Source: a bacterium (GTDB lineage Bacteria; UBA8248; JACPRG01; G963555815). Taken from it: a stretch of 64,000 nt of DNA. The notes beneath the pieces were generated by a model that had not been told where the DNA came from, searched no databases, and worked only from the letters and a program-made list of their open reading frames with translations. Numbering within the stretch: position 1 is the stretch's first letter; each line of letters begins with the position of its first letter. Below are positions 9,506-18,270 of the stretch, piece by piece. A program made the translations under genes and the position numbers. The stretch is from assembly GCA_965261595.1 (NCBI GenBank), contig CBDHDG010000002.1, forward strand, positions 1 through 64,000. The letters run 5' to 3'.

Positions 9506-10275
9506 CGCGCCGTCCTCCGCCCGGCCTCGCCGTCGTCCGAGGTCGAGATCCGCCGCCGCGCCGAGGCCCAGGTCTCCAGATCGGCGAGCAGGTAGCGCAC
9601 CCGGGACCCGAACCGGTGGAACACCGGTCCCGCGCCACTCACCCGGTAGCGGTCCAGCGTCCTCGGCGAGAGGCCCAGCCATGCGGCCGCCTCCCGTGTG
9701 CTCAGGTAATGCCTGCCGTTGTTGTCGTTCATGCGCGTGTCTCCTTCTCGTTCGAGGTCGGCCCCGGACCCGGCAGGCGGGACCGGAGCGGTGGATGGAC
9801 CGGGCAGGATCGCCCCGGCGGATGGGTTCGCTGCGTCCGTCACCCCGGCGCGGATGGCTCGGGCCTCTTCCGCGCTGGCCTGGGCCGCCATCCAGGCGCG
9901 CACCCGATCGACCGTGGTCAGCCGCGGCGACACTCCCCGGCGCAGCCTTCCCATGAAGGACGGATTGCCGACAGCCTCCAGGCCCAATACCGAGAGCTTG
10001 GTCCCGGTCACGGTCAGGAACGCCTCGACCTCGCGCCGGAACACAGGGCCCAGAGGCGGATGCCCCATGAAGACCAGGACCCGGTCCGCCGTCGCCAGCC
10101 GCACCGAGCGTCCCCGCATCTGGGAGGCCACGAAACCCGGGTCCCCGAGGGCCTCCAGGCCGAAGCGCCGGGCGCTCATGCCGTGGCGTACGCGCCAGGC
10201 CGCAACGGTCCGGCGCAGGCGCTCGTCGAAAGGCATATCGGAGGGGGTGCCGGGCGTTATCATGTGTGAGAACAT
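9502..10275 (-). CDS. Tandem Cro-like HTH repeats fused to C-terminal HTH_17/AlpA-excisionase-like domain
   Basis: Two similar repeats (FGLEALGDPGFV..MRGRSVRLATADRV / LGLEAVGNPSFM..RRGVSPRLTTVDRV) then YLSTREAAAWLGLSPRTLDRYRVSGAGPVF..FGSRVRYLLADL. Confidence 0.75.
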   Translation of the reverse strand: MFSHMITPGTPSDMPFDERLRRTVAAWRVRHGMSARRFGLEALGDPGFVASQMRGRSVRLATADRVLVFMGHPPLGPVFRREVEAFLTVTGTKLSVLGLEAVGNPSFMGRLRRGVSPRLTTVDRVRAWMAAQASAEEARAIRAGVTDAANPSAGAILPGPSTAPVPPAGSGADLEREGDTRMNDNNGRHYLSTREAAAWLGLSPRTLDRYRVSGAGPVFHRFGSRVRYLLADLETWASARRRISTSDDGEAGRRTAR

Positions 10276-10278
10276 AAG

Positions 10279-10336
10279 GGGAAGGTTCCCGCTTGATAAT
10301 AGGTATCAATAGTGTATAACCTATAGTTGATTGACA
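10279..10336. promoter_or_regulatory. AT-rich divergent promoter/operator region
   Basis: Perfect palindrome TTGATA-N5-TATCAA (10293-10309), GGGAA-GG-TTCCC (10279-10290), TTGACA at 10331; lies between divergent HTH genes. Confidence 0.65.
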
Positions 10337-10411
10337 TTCCTGAGCACACCAGCGGTGGAATGCGCGGGGGTGCGGCAAAAAACCGGGGAGACGGCAGGTG
10401 GAAGGAAAAGG

Positions 10412-11155
10412 ATGAATATAGAGGGAAATAAGGACGAAAGGAAGACGATTAGGCGGGACCCGGTACGGCTCAGGCTGAAGGACCTGCTCAGGCGTAACGA
10501 CCTCACCCTCGCCGCCGCGTCGCTGGCCATCGGCCGGAACAAGACCTATCTGCAGCAGTATGTGGACCGGGGGGTGCCCGCGGTCCTCGGGTACCGGGAC
10601 AGCGAGGCGTTGGCCGACCTGCTCGGCTGCGCCGGCGGGGAGCTGCGCCACGAGACCGTGCCCAAACGCAGGCCCATGAAGCGCAGGCGGCCCCGGCCGC
10701 CGGTCGGACTTCCCGGCGCGCCTGTGGCGGCCGTCCCGGAGATCGCGGTGGAGGCCGGGGCCGGGGCGGGAGCGCTCGCCGAGGAGTTCGTCTCCGAGAC
10801 GGCCCGGTGGCACTGGCCGGAGAACATGATCCGCTACGAGGGGGGCGCGGCGCCCGAGAACGTGCGCATCCTCCGGGTGCGGGGCAACTCCATGGAGCCG
10901 GAGATGCGCGAGGGCGACCGGATCGTGGTGGATGTCTCGCGCCGGCTGCCGGCAACGGGGGAGACGTTCGTGCTGTGGGACGGCAACGGGCTGGTGGTCA
11001 AGCAGGTCGAGAGGGTGCAAGGCCATGGGGAGGGCGGGGACGAACCGCCCCGGCTCAGGCTGATCTCCGCCAACCCGGACTACGCCCCCTACGCATGCCT
11101 CGCCCAGGACGTCCACATCCTCGGCAAGGTGTTGTGGGTGGTAAGAAGGGTGTGA
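10412..11155 (+). CDS. CI/LexA-like repressor, HTH + S24 autopeptidase
   Basis: N-terminal HTH (LAAASLAIGRNKTYLQQY), Ala-Gly stretch EAGAGAG, catalytic GNSMEP and VVKQV, LISANPDY. Confidence 0.88.
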   Translation: MNIEGNKDERKTIRRDPVRLRLKDLLRRNDLTLAAASLAIGRNKTYLQQYVDRGVPAVLGYRDSEALADLLGCAGGELRHETVPKRRPMKRRRPRPPVGLPGAPVAAVPEIAVEAGAGAGALAEEFVSETARWHWPENMIRYEGGAAPENVRILRVRGNSMEPEMREGDRIVVDVSRRLPATGETFVLWDGNGLVVKQVERVQGHGEGGDEPPRLRLISANPDYAPYACLAQDVHILGKVLWVVRRV

Positions 11156-11318
11156 GCGCATGGCTCCGGGAATCAAGGGAGCGTGGACCGGGACCGTCGA
11201 ACCCTTGCATAGGTTTCCGGGTGGTCATACGGATCGAACCCGTCACCGCCTTGACCCGCACACAGGGGATCGGTCCATGATGGAAGCGCACTGGCATTCC
11301 GATCCGCGATCGCCTATA

Positions 11319-11339
11319 TTTCTTCCAGAATGGAGGAAA
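11319..11339 (+). promoter_or_regulatory. Inverted repeat over the RBS of the DUF433 gene (operator or SD-sequestering hairpin)
   Basis: TTTCTTCCA-GAA-TGGAGGAAA; right arm contains GGAGG, ATG at 11344. Confidence 0.5.
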
Positions 11340-11343
11340 GATA

Positions 11344-11967
11344 ATGGCGACAAGCATTGCGTCCCAGACCCTGTCGGCGAACGAGGCGGCCTGTGTGACC
11401 GGCGTGCCCCTGAAACAGGTCCACCGCATCATCGACGCTGGCCTGTTGGGCAGCGCCGCCACAAACCACAAGGGTTCCCGCGCTGTCCTTCGCGACGGCT
11501 TGGTGGGCCTGAAGCTCGCCCACGAGACGACGGACACCCTCACCCTCGATGGACGCCGGCGGATCGTGCGCTATCTCCTCGACAATCCGGAGGCCCGGGC
11601 GGCGCGTGAGAGCCACGTTTCCGTGGACGTGCGGCTCATGAAGGGCGAAGTCCGGCGAGGGCTTTCCATGCTGGCCAAGGCGCGGAAGATGATCGGGGCC
11701 GACAAGGCCGTACTCTCCGGCGCCGCGTGCATCAAGGGAACCCGCATACCCGCTCACGATATCGCCGAAATGCTCGCCAACGGCGACGGCGTTCACGCAA
11801 TCCGCGACGCCTACCCGGCGCTCACTGGTGCACAGATCGAAGCCGCGGTCCTCTATGCCCGGGCCTACCCGCGCCGTGGCCGTCCCCGTGGCGAGCCCTT
11901 CTGGCGCAACCGGAAGCCGGTCATCTCGAGCGAGGTCGCCTTCCACGAGCTGCCTCCGACCCGGTGA
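11344..11967 (+). CDS. DUF433 antitoxin (VapB45-like)
   Basis: LSGAACIKGTRIPAHDI...AYPALTGAQIEAAVLYA DUF433 pattern. Confidence 0.85.
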   Translation: MATSIASQTLSANEAACVTGVPLKQVHRIIDAGLLGSAATNHKGSRAVLRDGLVGLKLAHETTDTLTLDGRRRIVRYLLDNPEARAARESHVSVDVRLMKGEVRRGLSMLAKARKMIGADKAVLSGAACIKGTRIPAHDIAEMLANGDGVHAIRDAYPALTGAQIEAAVLYARAYPRRGRPRGEPFWRNRKPVISSEVAFHELPPTR

Positions 11968-12353
11968 AGTTCCTGATCGACGAATGTCTGAGCCCCACGC
12001 TCGCGACTATCGCCCGAAAACGGGGGTTCCCGCAATCGACGCACGTGAGCTGGCTCGGGTTGAGGTCCAGGAAGGACTGGCTCCTCGTCCGGCGCGCGAG
12101 CCGGGACGGGTATGTGCTCGTGACGAACGACACGGCGGATTTTACGTCGCTGATGGAGCGGGAGCACCGCCATCCCGGCCTGGTCTGCATGAACGTGGCG
12201 CATGGCCTCATGAGCCTCGACGCGCAAACGAGCTTGTTCGAGCACGCCTTGGTTCAATTGGCGGATATCGGCCTCGCCGGCCAAGTTCTTGAGATCACGC
12301 TGACCGCCGACCGGGTTGTCCGGGTGGACAGATATGTGTCGGGGGCCGGGTGA
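11964..12353 (+). CDS. DUF5615 PIN-like toxin (VapC45-like)
   Basis: GTG start overlapping antitoxin stop; MKFLIDECLS...KDW...VLVTNDTADF...HPGLV. Confidence 0.85.
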   Translation: MKFLIDECLSPTLATIARKRGFPQSTHVSWLGLRSRKDWLLVRRASRDGYVLVTNDTADFTSLMEREHRHPGLVCMNVAHGLMSLDAQTSLFEHALVQLADIGLAGQVLEITLTADRVVRVDRYVSGAG

Positions 12354-12500
12354 CCGTCCTGCACGCGCTTCCCTGACAACGCCGTGCGCGACAGGGCCGC
12401 GGTTACGGGGAGAGAACGTGGCCCGCGCGGGGATCGCGGGGCCGGGCCGAAACCGTCCTAATGGACTGATACGGAAAGGGAATCCGCTTTTTGATAGGGA

Positions 12501-12660
12501 CCGGCCGGGACTCGCTCAAGGCACCCTGGGTGCGTCGGGTGTGAGAGAAAAAACTCCGAATGGAGTCCGGTGGGCGTTTTCGTTCTGCACACCGACATGG
12601 GCCAAGAAGGCCGTTGCCGCAAGGGGTTGGAGCCCGAGCGGCGATTGAGCGAGACGACCG
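12501..12660. other. Branched inverted-repeat structure (candidate oriT/ssDNA origin or structured RNA)
   Basis: Outer stem CTCGCTCAA (12511-12519)/TTGAGCGAG (12645-12653) enclosing GCACCC-T-GGGTGC, GTCGGGTGTG../..CACACCGAC and ACTCC-GAAT-GGAGT hairpins. Confidence 0.5.
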
Positions 12661-12776
12661 GGCCGCATCTCCGAGCGCGTTCCGCATCGCCTTCCATGCA
12701 GTAGAGGTAACAGATCGGCGCGCGGGGTGCAAGCCTGCGGTGCCGGTTTCCACACATCGCGCACCGGCGGCTCGGC

Positions 12777-12947
12777 GTTACCGCCGCGCACCGGATGCCG
12801 GGCACACGTTACTGCAGATCGTCGCGAGCCGTTTCACAAGTTACCGCGGAACCGCGCGGGCCGGTGAGGACGCCGGTGCGCAAGGCGATGTTGACTCCGT
12901 TGACTCGTTACCGCGCGCGCATGGAGCGGTCATGCTTTTGTTACCGC
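12777..12947 (+). repeat. Phased GTTACCGC direct repeats (iteron-like)
   Basis: Copies at 12777, 12808 (GTTACTGC), 12840, 12907, 12940; spacings 31, 32, 67, 33 bp. Confidence 0.7.
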
Positions 12948-13216
12948 TCCACATCGGCGACGGCGGAGCGCCGCGCGGCGTGCCGGGGACCTGACGGCAG
13001 CAGCGGCCGGTCTGTCCGTCAGACGCCTTGACACATGCGAGGCGTGTGGCGATCGGACACTGCTGGCGACCCTGCGCAACATCGCCGATGATCGCGGGTC
13101 GGGCCACTCCGCATTGTGCTCTGCGGAGTGCCTTGGTATCTTGCACGGAACACCACTGCAACACGGGATCAGAGCAATCCCCCGCTCTAGGGTTTTGTTG
13201 GACACTCGATTGATCC

Positions 13217-13630
13217 ATGATTCATGGAGAAAGGGGTGTCGCGATGAACGAACAAAAGCAAGAGGGGGCTTTGGCGGAGGGCGCCCGTAGGGCGAACGGA
13301 GCCAAGGCCCCAGGGCATCGCAGTGAGCGGGGTCGGTTCTCCTGCCAGCGCAAGCGGGAGGCGGTCCTGCGTCTTTTGCGGGGCGAGAGCCTGGAGACGC
13401 TCTGCCGCGAGTTGGGCACGACAGCGGCTCGGCTTTCCGCCTGGCGCGAGGCGTTCCTTCGCGGGGGCGAGGCGGCGCTCAAAGCCCGCCCGGCGGATGA
13501 GCGGGACGAGGAGAACGCCCGGCTCAAGGCCAAGGTGGGCGAACTCACGATGGAGGGCGAGGTCCTGCGGGAGAAGATCGACCGCCTGGAGGCCGGCCGC
13601 CCTTTAGCCGGCAGGAGGTGGAGGCGATGA
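13217..13630 (+). CDS. IS3-family OrfA (HTH)
   Basis: RFSCQRKREAVLRLLRGESLETLCRELG...LKAKVGELTME. Confidence 0.85.
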   Translation: MIHGERGVAMNEQKQEGALAEGARRANGAKAPGHRSERGRFSCQRKREAVLRLLRGESLETLCRELGTTAARLSAWREAFLRGGEAALKARPADERDEENARLKAKVGELTMEGEVLREKIDRLEAGRPLAGRRWRR

Positions 13631-14535
13631 GTCAGGCCCGCTTCACCTCCACGGGCAGAGCCTACGGCCTGAAGCGGGTGTGCGCCCTTTGGGGCTTGGC
13701 GCGCTCCACGGTCTACGCGCAACGGCGGCGAGAGGCGGTCCCCGTTCATGAACGCCCCACGCCCAATAAGCGCGGCCCTGTGGGCCCGTGCACCGATGCG
13801 GAACTCCTCGGCCACATCCGGCAGGTCCTGGAGGACTCTCCCTTCCATGGCGAGGGCTACCGCAAGGTGTGGGCGAGGCTGCGCTTCGCGGGCATCCGCA
13901 CCAGCAAGGAGCGGGTGCGTCGCCTGATGCGGGAGGCGGGGCTTCAGGCCCCCCACCGGGTGGGCAAACCCCGAGGTCCCAAGGCCCACAACGGGACCAT
14001 CCGCACCGAGCGGCCCGACCGAATGTGGGGCACGGACATGACGACGACGGTGACCACCGAGGAGGGGGTGGCCTCGGTGTTCGTGGCGGTGGATCACTGC
14101 TCGGTGGACTGCGTGGGGATCCATGCGGCCAAGAGCGGCAACCGCTTCGAGGCCCTGGAGCCGATCCGGCAGGGGGTCGCCGAGCGCTTCGCCGGCTTGG
14201 AGGCGGACGTCGCCGAGGGGCTTAAAGTTCGTCACGACCACGGCCCCGCCTATCTGTCCGATGACTTTCAGCGGGAGATCGCCTACCTGGGCATGACCAG
14301 TTCGCCCAGCTTCGTGCGGGCGCCCGAGGGAAATGGCTACTGTGAGTGGTTCATCCGCATCTTGAAGGAGAATCTCCTGTGGGTGCGCTCTTTCGCCACC
14401 GTAGAGGAACTGCGGTGGGCGCTGCTTGAGTTCAAGAACCTGTACAACCATCATTGGATTCTCGAGGGCTACGGCTACCGAACGCCGGCCCAGGCAAGGC
14501 AGGAAAAACTCGCTCAAGTTGCGGAGGCCGCATGA
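13627..14535 (+). CDS. IS3-family OrfB DDE transposase
   Basis: GYRKVWARL, WGTDMT (D1), VRHDHGPAY (D2), PEGNGYCEWF (E); ATGA overlap with orfA. Confidence 0.9.
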   Translation: MSQARFTSTGRAYGLKRVCALWGLARSTVYAQRRREAVPVHERPTPNKRGPVGPCTDAELLGHIRQVLEDSPFHGEGYRKVWARLRFAGIRTSKERVRRLMREAGLQAPHRVGKPRGPKAHNGTIRTERPDRMWGTDMTTTVTTEEGVASVFVAVDHCSVDCVGIHAAKSGNRFEALEPIRQGVAERFAGLEADVAEGLKVRHDHGPAYLSDDFQREIAYLGMTSSPSFVRAPEGNGYCEWFIRILKENLLWVRSFATVEELRWALLEFKNLYNHHWILEGYGYRTPAQARQEKLAQVAEAA

Positions 14536-14581
14536 GGTCGAATACCCTCACCCGAGTGTCCAATAACCCAGGGGCGGTCCA

Positions 14582-15055
14582 GCGGCGCGGGGATTGTGGT
14601 TCTGGTTGCGGAGTGTGCCCGATTCCGCGGTCGAATTGCGGCCTCCGCCCGTCGATCTGGTTCGCGAAATCGGCATCATAATCGCCATGCGGCGGAAAGC
14701 AGCTCTTGGACAAGCCCTTGAAATCGCCAGATGGGTGTTCTCAGACGGCGGTCCGGAGCAAAAAGACGCCATCGGTGACTTGGCATCGCAGGGGCTCGGC
14801 TATCTCGCACAAGAGCTACGATACGATGGGAGCCATGATCCGGACGTCGACGTGCCGTTGCTACGTTGGACTTGCGCCCATTTGGCCTTGGCCATGGCTG
14901 GATATGGCTTCGACGCCGATCCGGCCGTTGCTCGCTGGGTAGAAAGTGCCGAGAACGATCCGCTTCCCGAGGTTCGGCATGCGAAACGCCCCGTTATCGC
15001 GCGCCAGAGCGGGAAAGTGTTGAACGCAGATCACATGTCGGATCATCTCGAATAA
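14582..15055 (+). pseudogene. 3' remnant of a larger protein truncated by IS3
   Basis: Open frame starts at the IS end with no native start; plausible helical C-terminus (..ENDPLPEVRHA..). Confidence 0.55.
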
Positions 15056-15082
15056 TCGCGCCAGCGACACTCGGCCGGTGCA

Positions 15083-18000
15083 TCAGCCGTCCAGGATACC
15101 CTTCAACGTCTTATCGGCTGACGGTTCGTCCGTCCGTGCTGTGAACTCCGGCGGGATAAACAGCGTATTGCCCGGCGACCACAGTTCCATGCTTTCGGCA
15201 TGTTCCTCGAAATATTCCGGATCGGTGGTCACCCGCAGGCGCTCGGTCATACCTGGAGCCAACAGGCCGTACTCCCGATGTCCCATGGGCTGGATATCGG
15301 TCCCCGGCGGCATGAGATCGGGCGATCCGACCACCCGGTCGAGGTCTTCCATGGTAACCGGTGACAACGGCCGGTCGGGAATGGCGAGATCGTCCTCTGT
15401 CACCGAATCGATATCAAAACCCCGTCCCTCGGCTTCGCGAGTCTGTTGCTCGATTGTGTCCGCGATACGGGCGCGCTCCGCGTCTTCGCGCCCGCCGCCC
15501 GATAATACCGCGATGGATATGGCGCGCGGCAATTGCGCGAGAATTGGCTGGAGGCGTCCGACCACGGACTCGAACAGACCGATGCGGTTCCTGAGCGCCC
15601 GGTAAACGTCGGTCTCAACCGTGCCCTCGTAGTGCAGATTGACTATGCGGATAGTCGGGTTCTGCTGGCCGAGCCGATCGATACGTCCGATGCGCTGCTC
15701 CACCCGCATGGGGTTCCATGGCATGTCGTAATTGACCAGGGCACCGCAGAACTGGAAATTCAAGCCCTCGACAGCGGCGTCGGTGCATAACAGGACATCT
15801 GCCTCGCGGTCGCGAAACCGCCGTTTGGCGTCGTCGCGGCGGATCAGGCGCCAGGAACCGTCGGCGGAAGGTATTTCTCCACCGCGTCCCGAGAAGCACA
15901 TCAACTTCGAATCGGCGTCCTTCAAGAGCTCTTCACGCAAAAAATCCATGGTGTCGGTGTACTGAGTGAAGACCATCGCCTGATGGTAGCCGTCCTGGCG
16001 CAGCTCACGAAGGGTGCTCTTCAGGCTTTCGAGCTTGCTGTCCGGCGGCAGTTGGCCGATACGGTCAAGAAGGCTTCGGATATCGGCCTCCTCCTCTGCG
16101 GCGAGGGCCTCGCGCTCCAGCTCTTCCATCTCATCGGCATCCAGGATTTCGTCCGTGGTTTCATCGTCCGGCGCGTCTTCGTCCAGACCCATCGATTGCG
16201 TCTGGTTGCCGTCGGCCATGGCGCCGAGATGGCGCTGAAGCGTATTTCGTAACGCGCCAAAACTGCTGGCGAGACGGCGGCGGTAGATGGTCATGACGAA
16301 GCCCACCGCCGTGCGCTCCTTGGCGCTGGCCTGGTTGTAGGTGCTGGCGATGTAATCCTCGACCGCGTCATAGAGCGCCCGCTCTTCGACCGTCATCTCC
16401 AGAAAGCGATCCTCGACCCGCCGGTCGGCGATCGGCGTGGTTAAGAGTCCCTCCCTGAAGTAGCGGCGCAGCAGCTCGCGGGTGTGCCGTGAGACCAACC
16501 GGCGAATCGGCGTGTGCGCCCGCATGATCTCGATCGCCGCCCGGCGCTCAGCCGTTTCCAACTGCCGGCGCGGGATGCTGGCGCTGTTGCGCAGCGCACG
16601 GAGAATCTTGTTGACCTTCAGGCTCGACAGATCTGTCAGACGTTGCGCGTCCTCCGTCTCGACCTCGCCGTAGGCGCGTTCGACCGACTGAAACAGCCAA
16701 GCCAAGCGATCCAACGCCTCCGGTGACGGGTTCGGCTGCTCGATGTCGTCGAAAAAGTCGAGAAACGCCTTGGCGGTCCACTCCGACGGCAGGCCGAGCA
16801 GGTTCAACAGGTCCCAGACCTCGATGGGATGAACCTGCATCGGCGTCGCGGTCAGAAAAACCAGTCCCTGGGTGCGGTCCTTCAATCCCTGCATCAGCCG
16901 GAGAAGCGCGTTTGGTCCGCCCTCCTGCTGGCTTCCGGCGGCACGCCGCCGGGCATGGTGGGCTTCGTCGAGCACCACCACGTCCCATGGTTCGGCCTCC
17001 TCCAGAAGGGCCACCGCGCGGTCGCGCCGGCGCATCAGGTGACTCGACGCGATCACCACGGGCTCGCGATGCCACCGATGGGGATCGACAACGCGTTCGT
17101 TCCGTCCACACCATGCCGGCGAGGGATACCAGACCAGTTTGTGGCCATTGTAGATCGGCCAATTGAGGTTGAATTTCTCGCGCAGTTCGATCTGCCACTG
17201 CCCGAGGACGGCCTTGGGCGCGAGGATCAGGATCCGTTTGACGCGCCCGGCAAGCCAAGCCTGGCGCAGCAGCATGCCCGCCTGGATGGTCTTGCCGAGG
17301 CCGACCTCGTCCGCGATCAGAAGCCTGGGCGGCCAATCGCTGTAGAGGCGTTCAAAAGCCTTAACCTGGTGCGGCCAGGGGGTGACCGCCGAGGTCATTT
17401 CTCCTACACGCTCGCCCCCGTCCGGCAATGAGGGCGCATGCTGGATGAAAGACCAGACGCGGCTTCTCAGATCGCCTGGTTCGGGCGCTGCCTGATTTTC
17501 GAGTTCCTCCGTCCGGGGACCCGGCTTGTCCAGGGAAGGCTTCGCGGGTTTCTTCTCAGGCTCCTCCTTGAGGCGGGCGGGCTTATCGCTTGCCGGCATG
17601 AACCGCATCAGGTCTTGGCGCGCGGCATCGGGCACGTCGAGCACGATCACGCGCTGCGCCTTGTTGGCCCAGATGCGTGCGAAGTTGGCCTCCTCATCGG
17701 CGACCCGCCTGGGTTCCGGACCCCAGCTCGTATAAACGCTGATGCTCTCCCAGTTGTACCGCCAGCCGGCGGCGGTCTCGTTGAGGCTGCCGGTCCAGGC
17801 TAGCTTGTCGCCGCCACGGTCCTCGATGATGCCGGCCTTCTCGTGAAAGATGCCATCCGCCGGGATCGGCTTCCTGTCGGCACCGCAGGGAACGGCGACC
17901 TTCACATCGAGAAAGCCGCGCGCCACCATCCAGGCCAACAGTTCCAGCGCGTCGGAAGAGACTGGATCCGGTGGGGCCAGGGGAAGGCTTGTCAATTGTC

Positions 18001-18268
18001 GTTCGACGAGATCACGAAGCTGCCCGCCTTGCTCGATCGCCTCGACCTCGGGCGGTTCCAGGGTGCAGCCCGCGACGAGCCGCATACGGCCGCCGTTGCG
18101 GACAAGCCCCTCGATGCCGCGCGACGCCAGCGTCAGGGCGCGGGCGTTGAAGTATCCGGTCAGCCGGTCGTAGCGCTCGGCGTCCTCCAACACGGGGATG
18201 TAGAACAGCTTGACGAGATCGCCGTCATCGGGCGTGTATTTGAGGTTCCATGTGCGGCCCGCGAGCAT
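15083..18268 (-). CDS. PLD-nuclease/SNF2 helicase fusion (restriction-like system effector)
   Basis: FHEKAGII..WTGSLNET (PLD HxK/GSxN), ADEVGLGKT, VLDEAHH, TATP, YDMPWNPMRVEQRIGRIDR. Confidence 0.92.
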   Translation of the reverse strand: MLAGRTWNLKYTPDDGDLVKLFYIPVLEDAERYDRLTGYFNARALTLASRGIEGLVRNGGRMRLVAGCTLEPPEVEAIEQGGQLRDLVERQLTSLPLAPPDPVSSDALELLAWMVARGFLDVKVAVPCGADRKPIPADGIFHEKAGIIEDRGGDKLAWTGSLNETAAGWRYNWESISVYTSWGPEPRRVADEEANFARIWANKAQRVIVLDVPDAARQDLMRFMPASDKPARLKEEPEKKPAKPSLDKPGPRTEELENQAAPEPGDLRSRVWSFIQHAPSLPDGGERVGEMTSAVTPWPHQVKAFERLYSDWPPRLLIADEVGLGKTIQAGMLLRQAWLAGRVKRILILAPKAVLGQWQIELREKFNLNWPIYNGHKLVWYPSPAWCGRNERVVDPHRWHREPVVIASSHLMRRRDRAVALLEEAEPWDVVVLDEAHHARRRAAGSQQEGGPNALLRLMQGLKDRTQGLVFLTATPMQVHPIEVWDLLNLLGLPSEWTAKAFLDFFDDIEQPNPSPEALDRLAWLFQSVERAYGEVETEDAQRLTDLSSLKVNKILRALRNSASIPRRQLETAERRAAIEIMRAHTPIRRLVSRHTRELLRRYFREGLLTTPIADRRVEDRFLEMTVEERALYDAVEDYIASTYNQASAKERTAVGFVMTIYRRRLASSFGALRNTLQRHLGAMADGNQTQSMGLDEDAPDDETTDEILDADEMEELEREALAAEEEADIRSLLDRIGQLPPDSKLESLKSTLRELRQDGYHQAMVFTQYTDTMDFLREELLKDADSKLMCFSGRGGEIPSADGSWRLIRRDDAKRRFRDREADVLLCTDAAVEGLNFQFCGALVNYDMPWNPMRVEQRIGRIDRLGQQNPTIRIVNLHYEGTVETDVYRALRNRIGLFESVVGRLQPILAQLPRAISIAVLSGGGREDAERARIADTIEQQTREAEGRGFDIDSVTEDDLAIPDRPLSPVTMEDLDRVVGSPDLMPPGTDIQPMGHREYGLLAPGMTERLRVTTDPEYFEEHAESMELWSPGNTLFIPPEFTARTDEPSADKTLKGILDG

Positions 18269-18270
18269 GG

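Larger units (their letters stand above)
13178..14581 (+). mobile_element. IS3-family insertion sequence, copy 1 (1404 bp)
   Basis: Boundaries defined by identity with 44848-46252; imperfect IRs TCCCCCGCTCTAGGGTTTTGTTGGACACT / (rc) TGGACCGCCCCTGGGTTATTGGACACT; orfA+orfB; no target duplication. Confidence 0.9.

Noticed and set aside
12777..12947. CRISPR or mini-CRISPR array
   Set aside because: Repeat is only 8 bp with about 24-bp gaps; no cas genes in the window.
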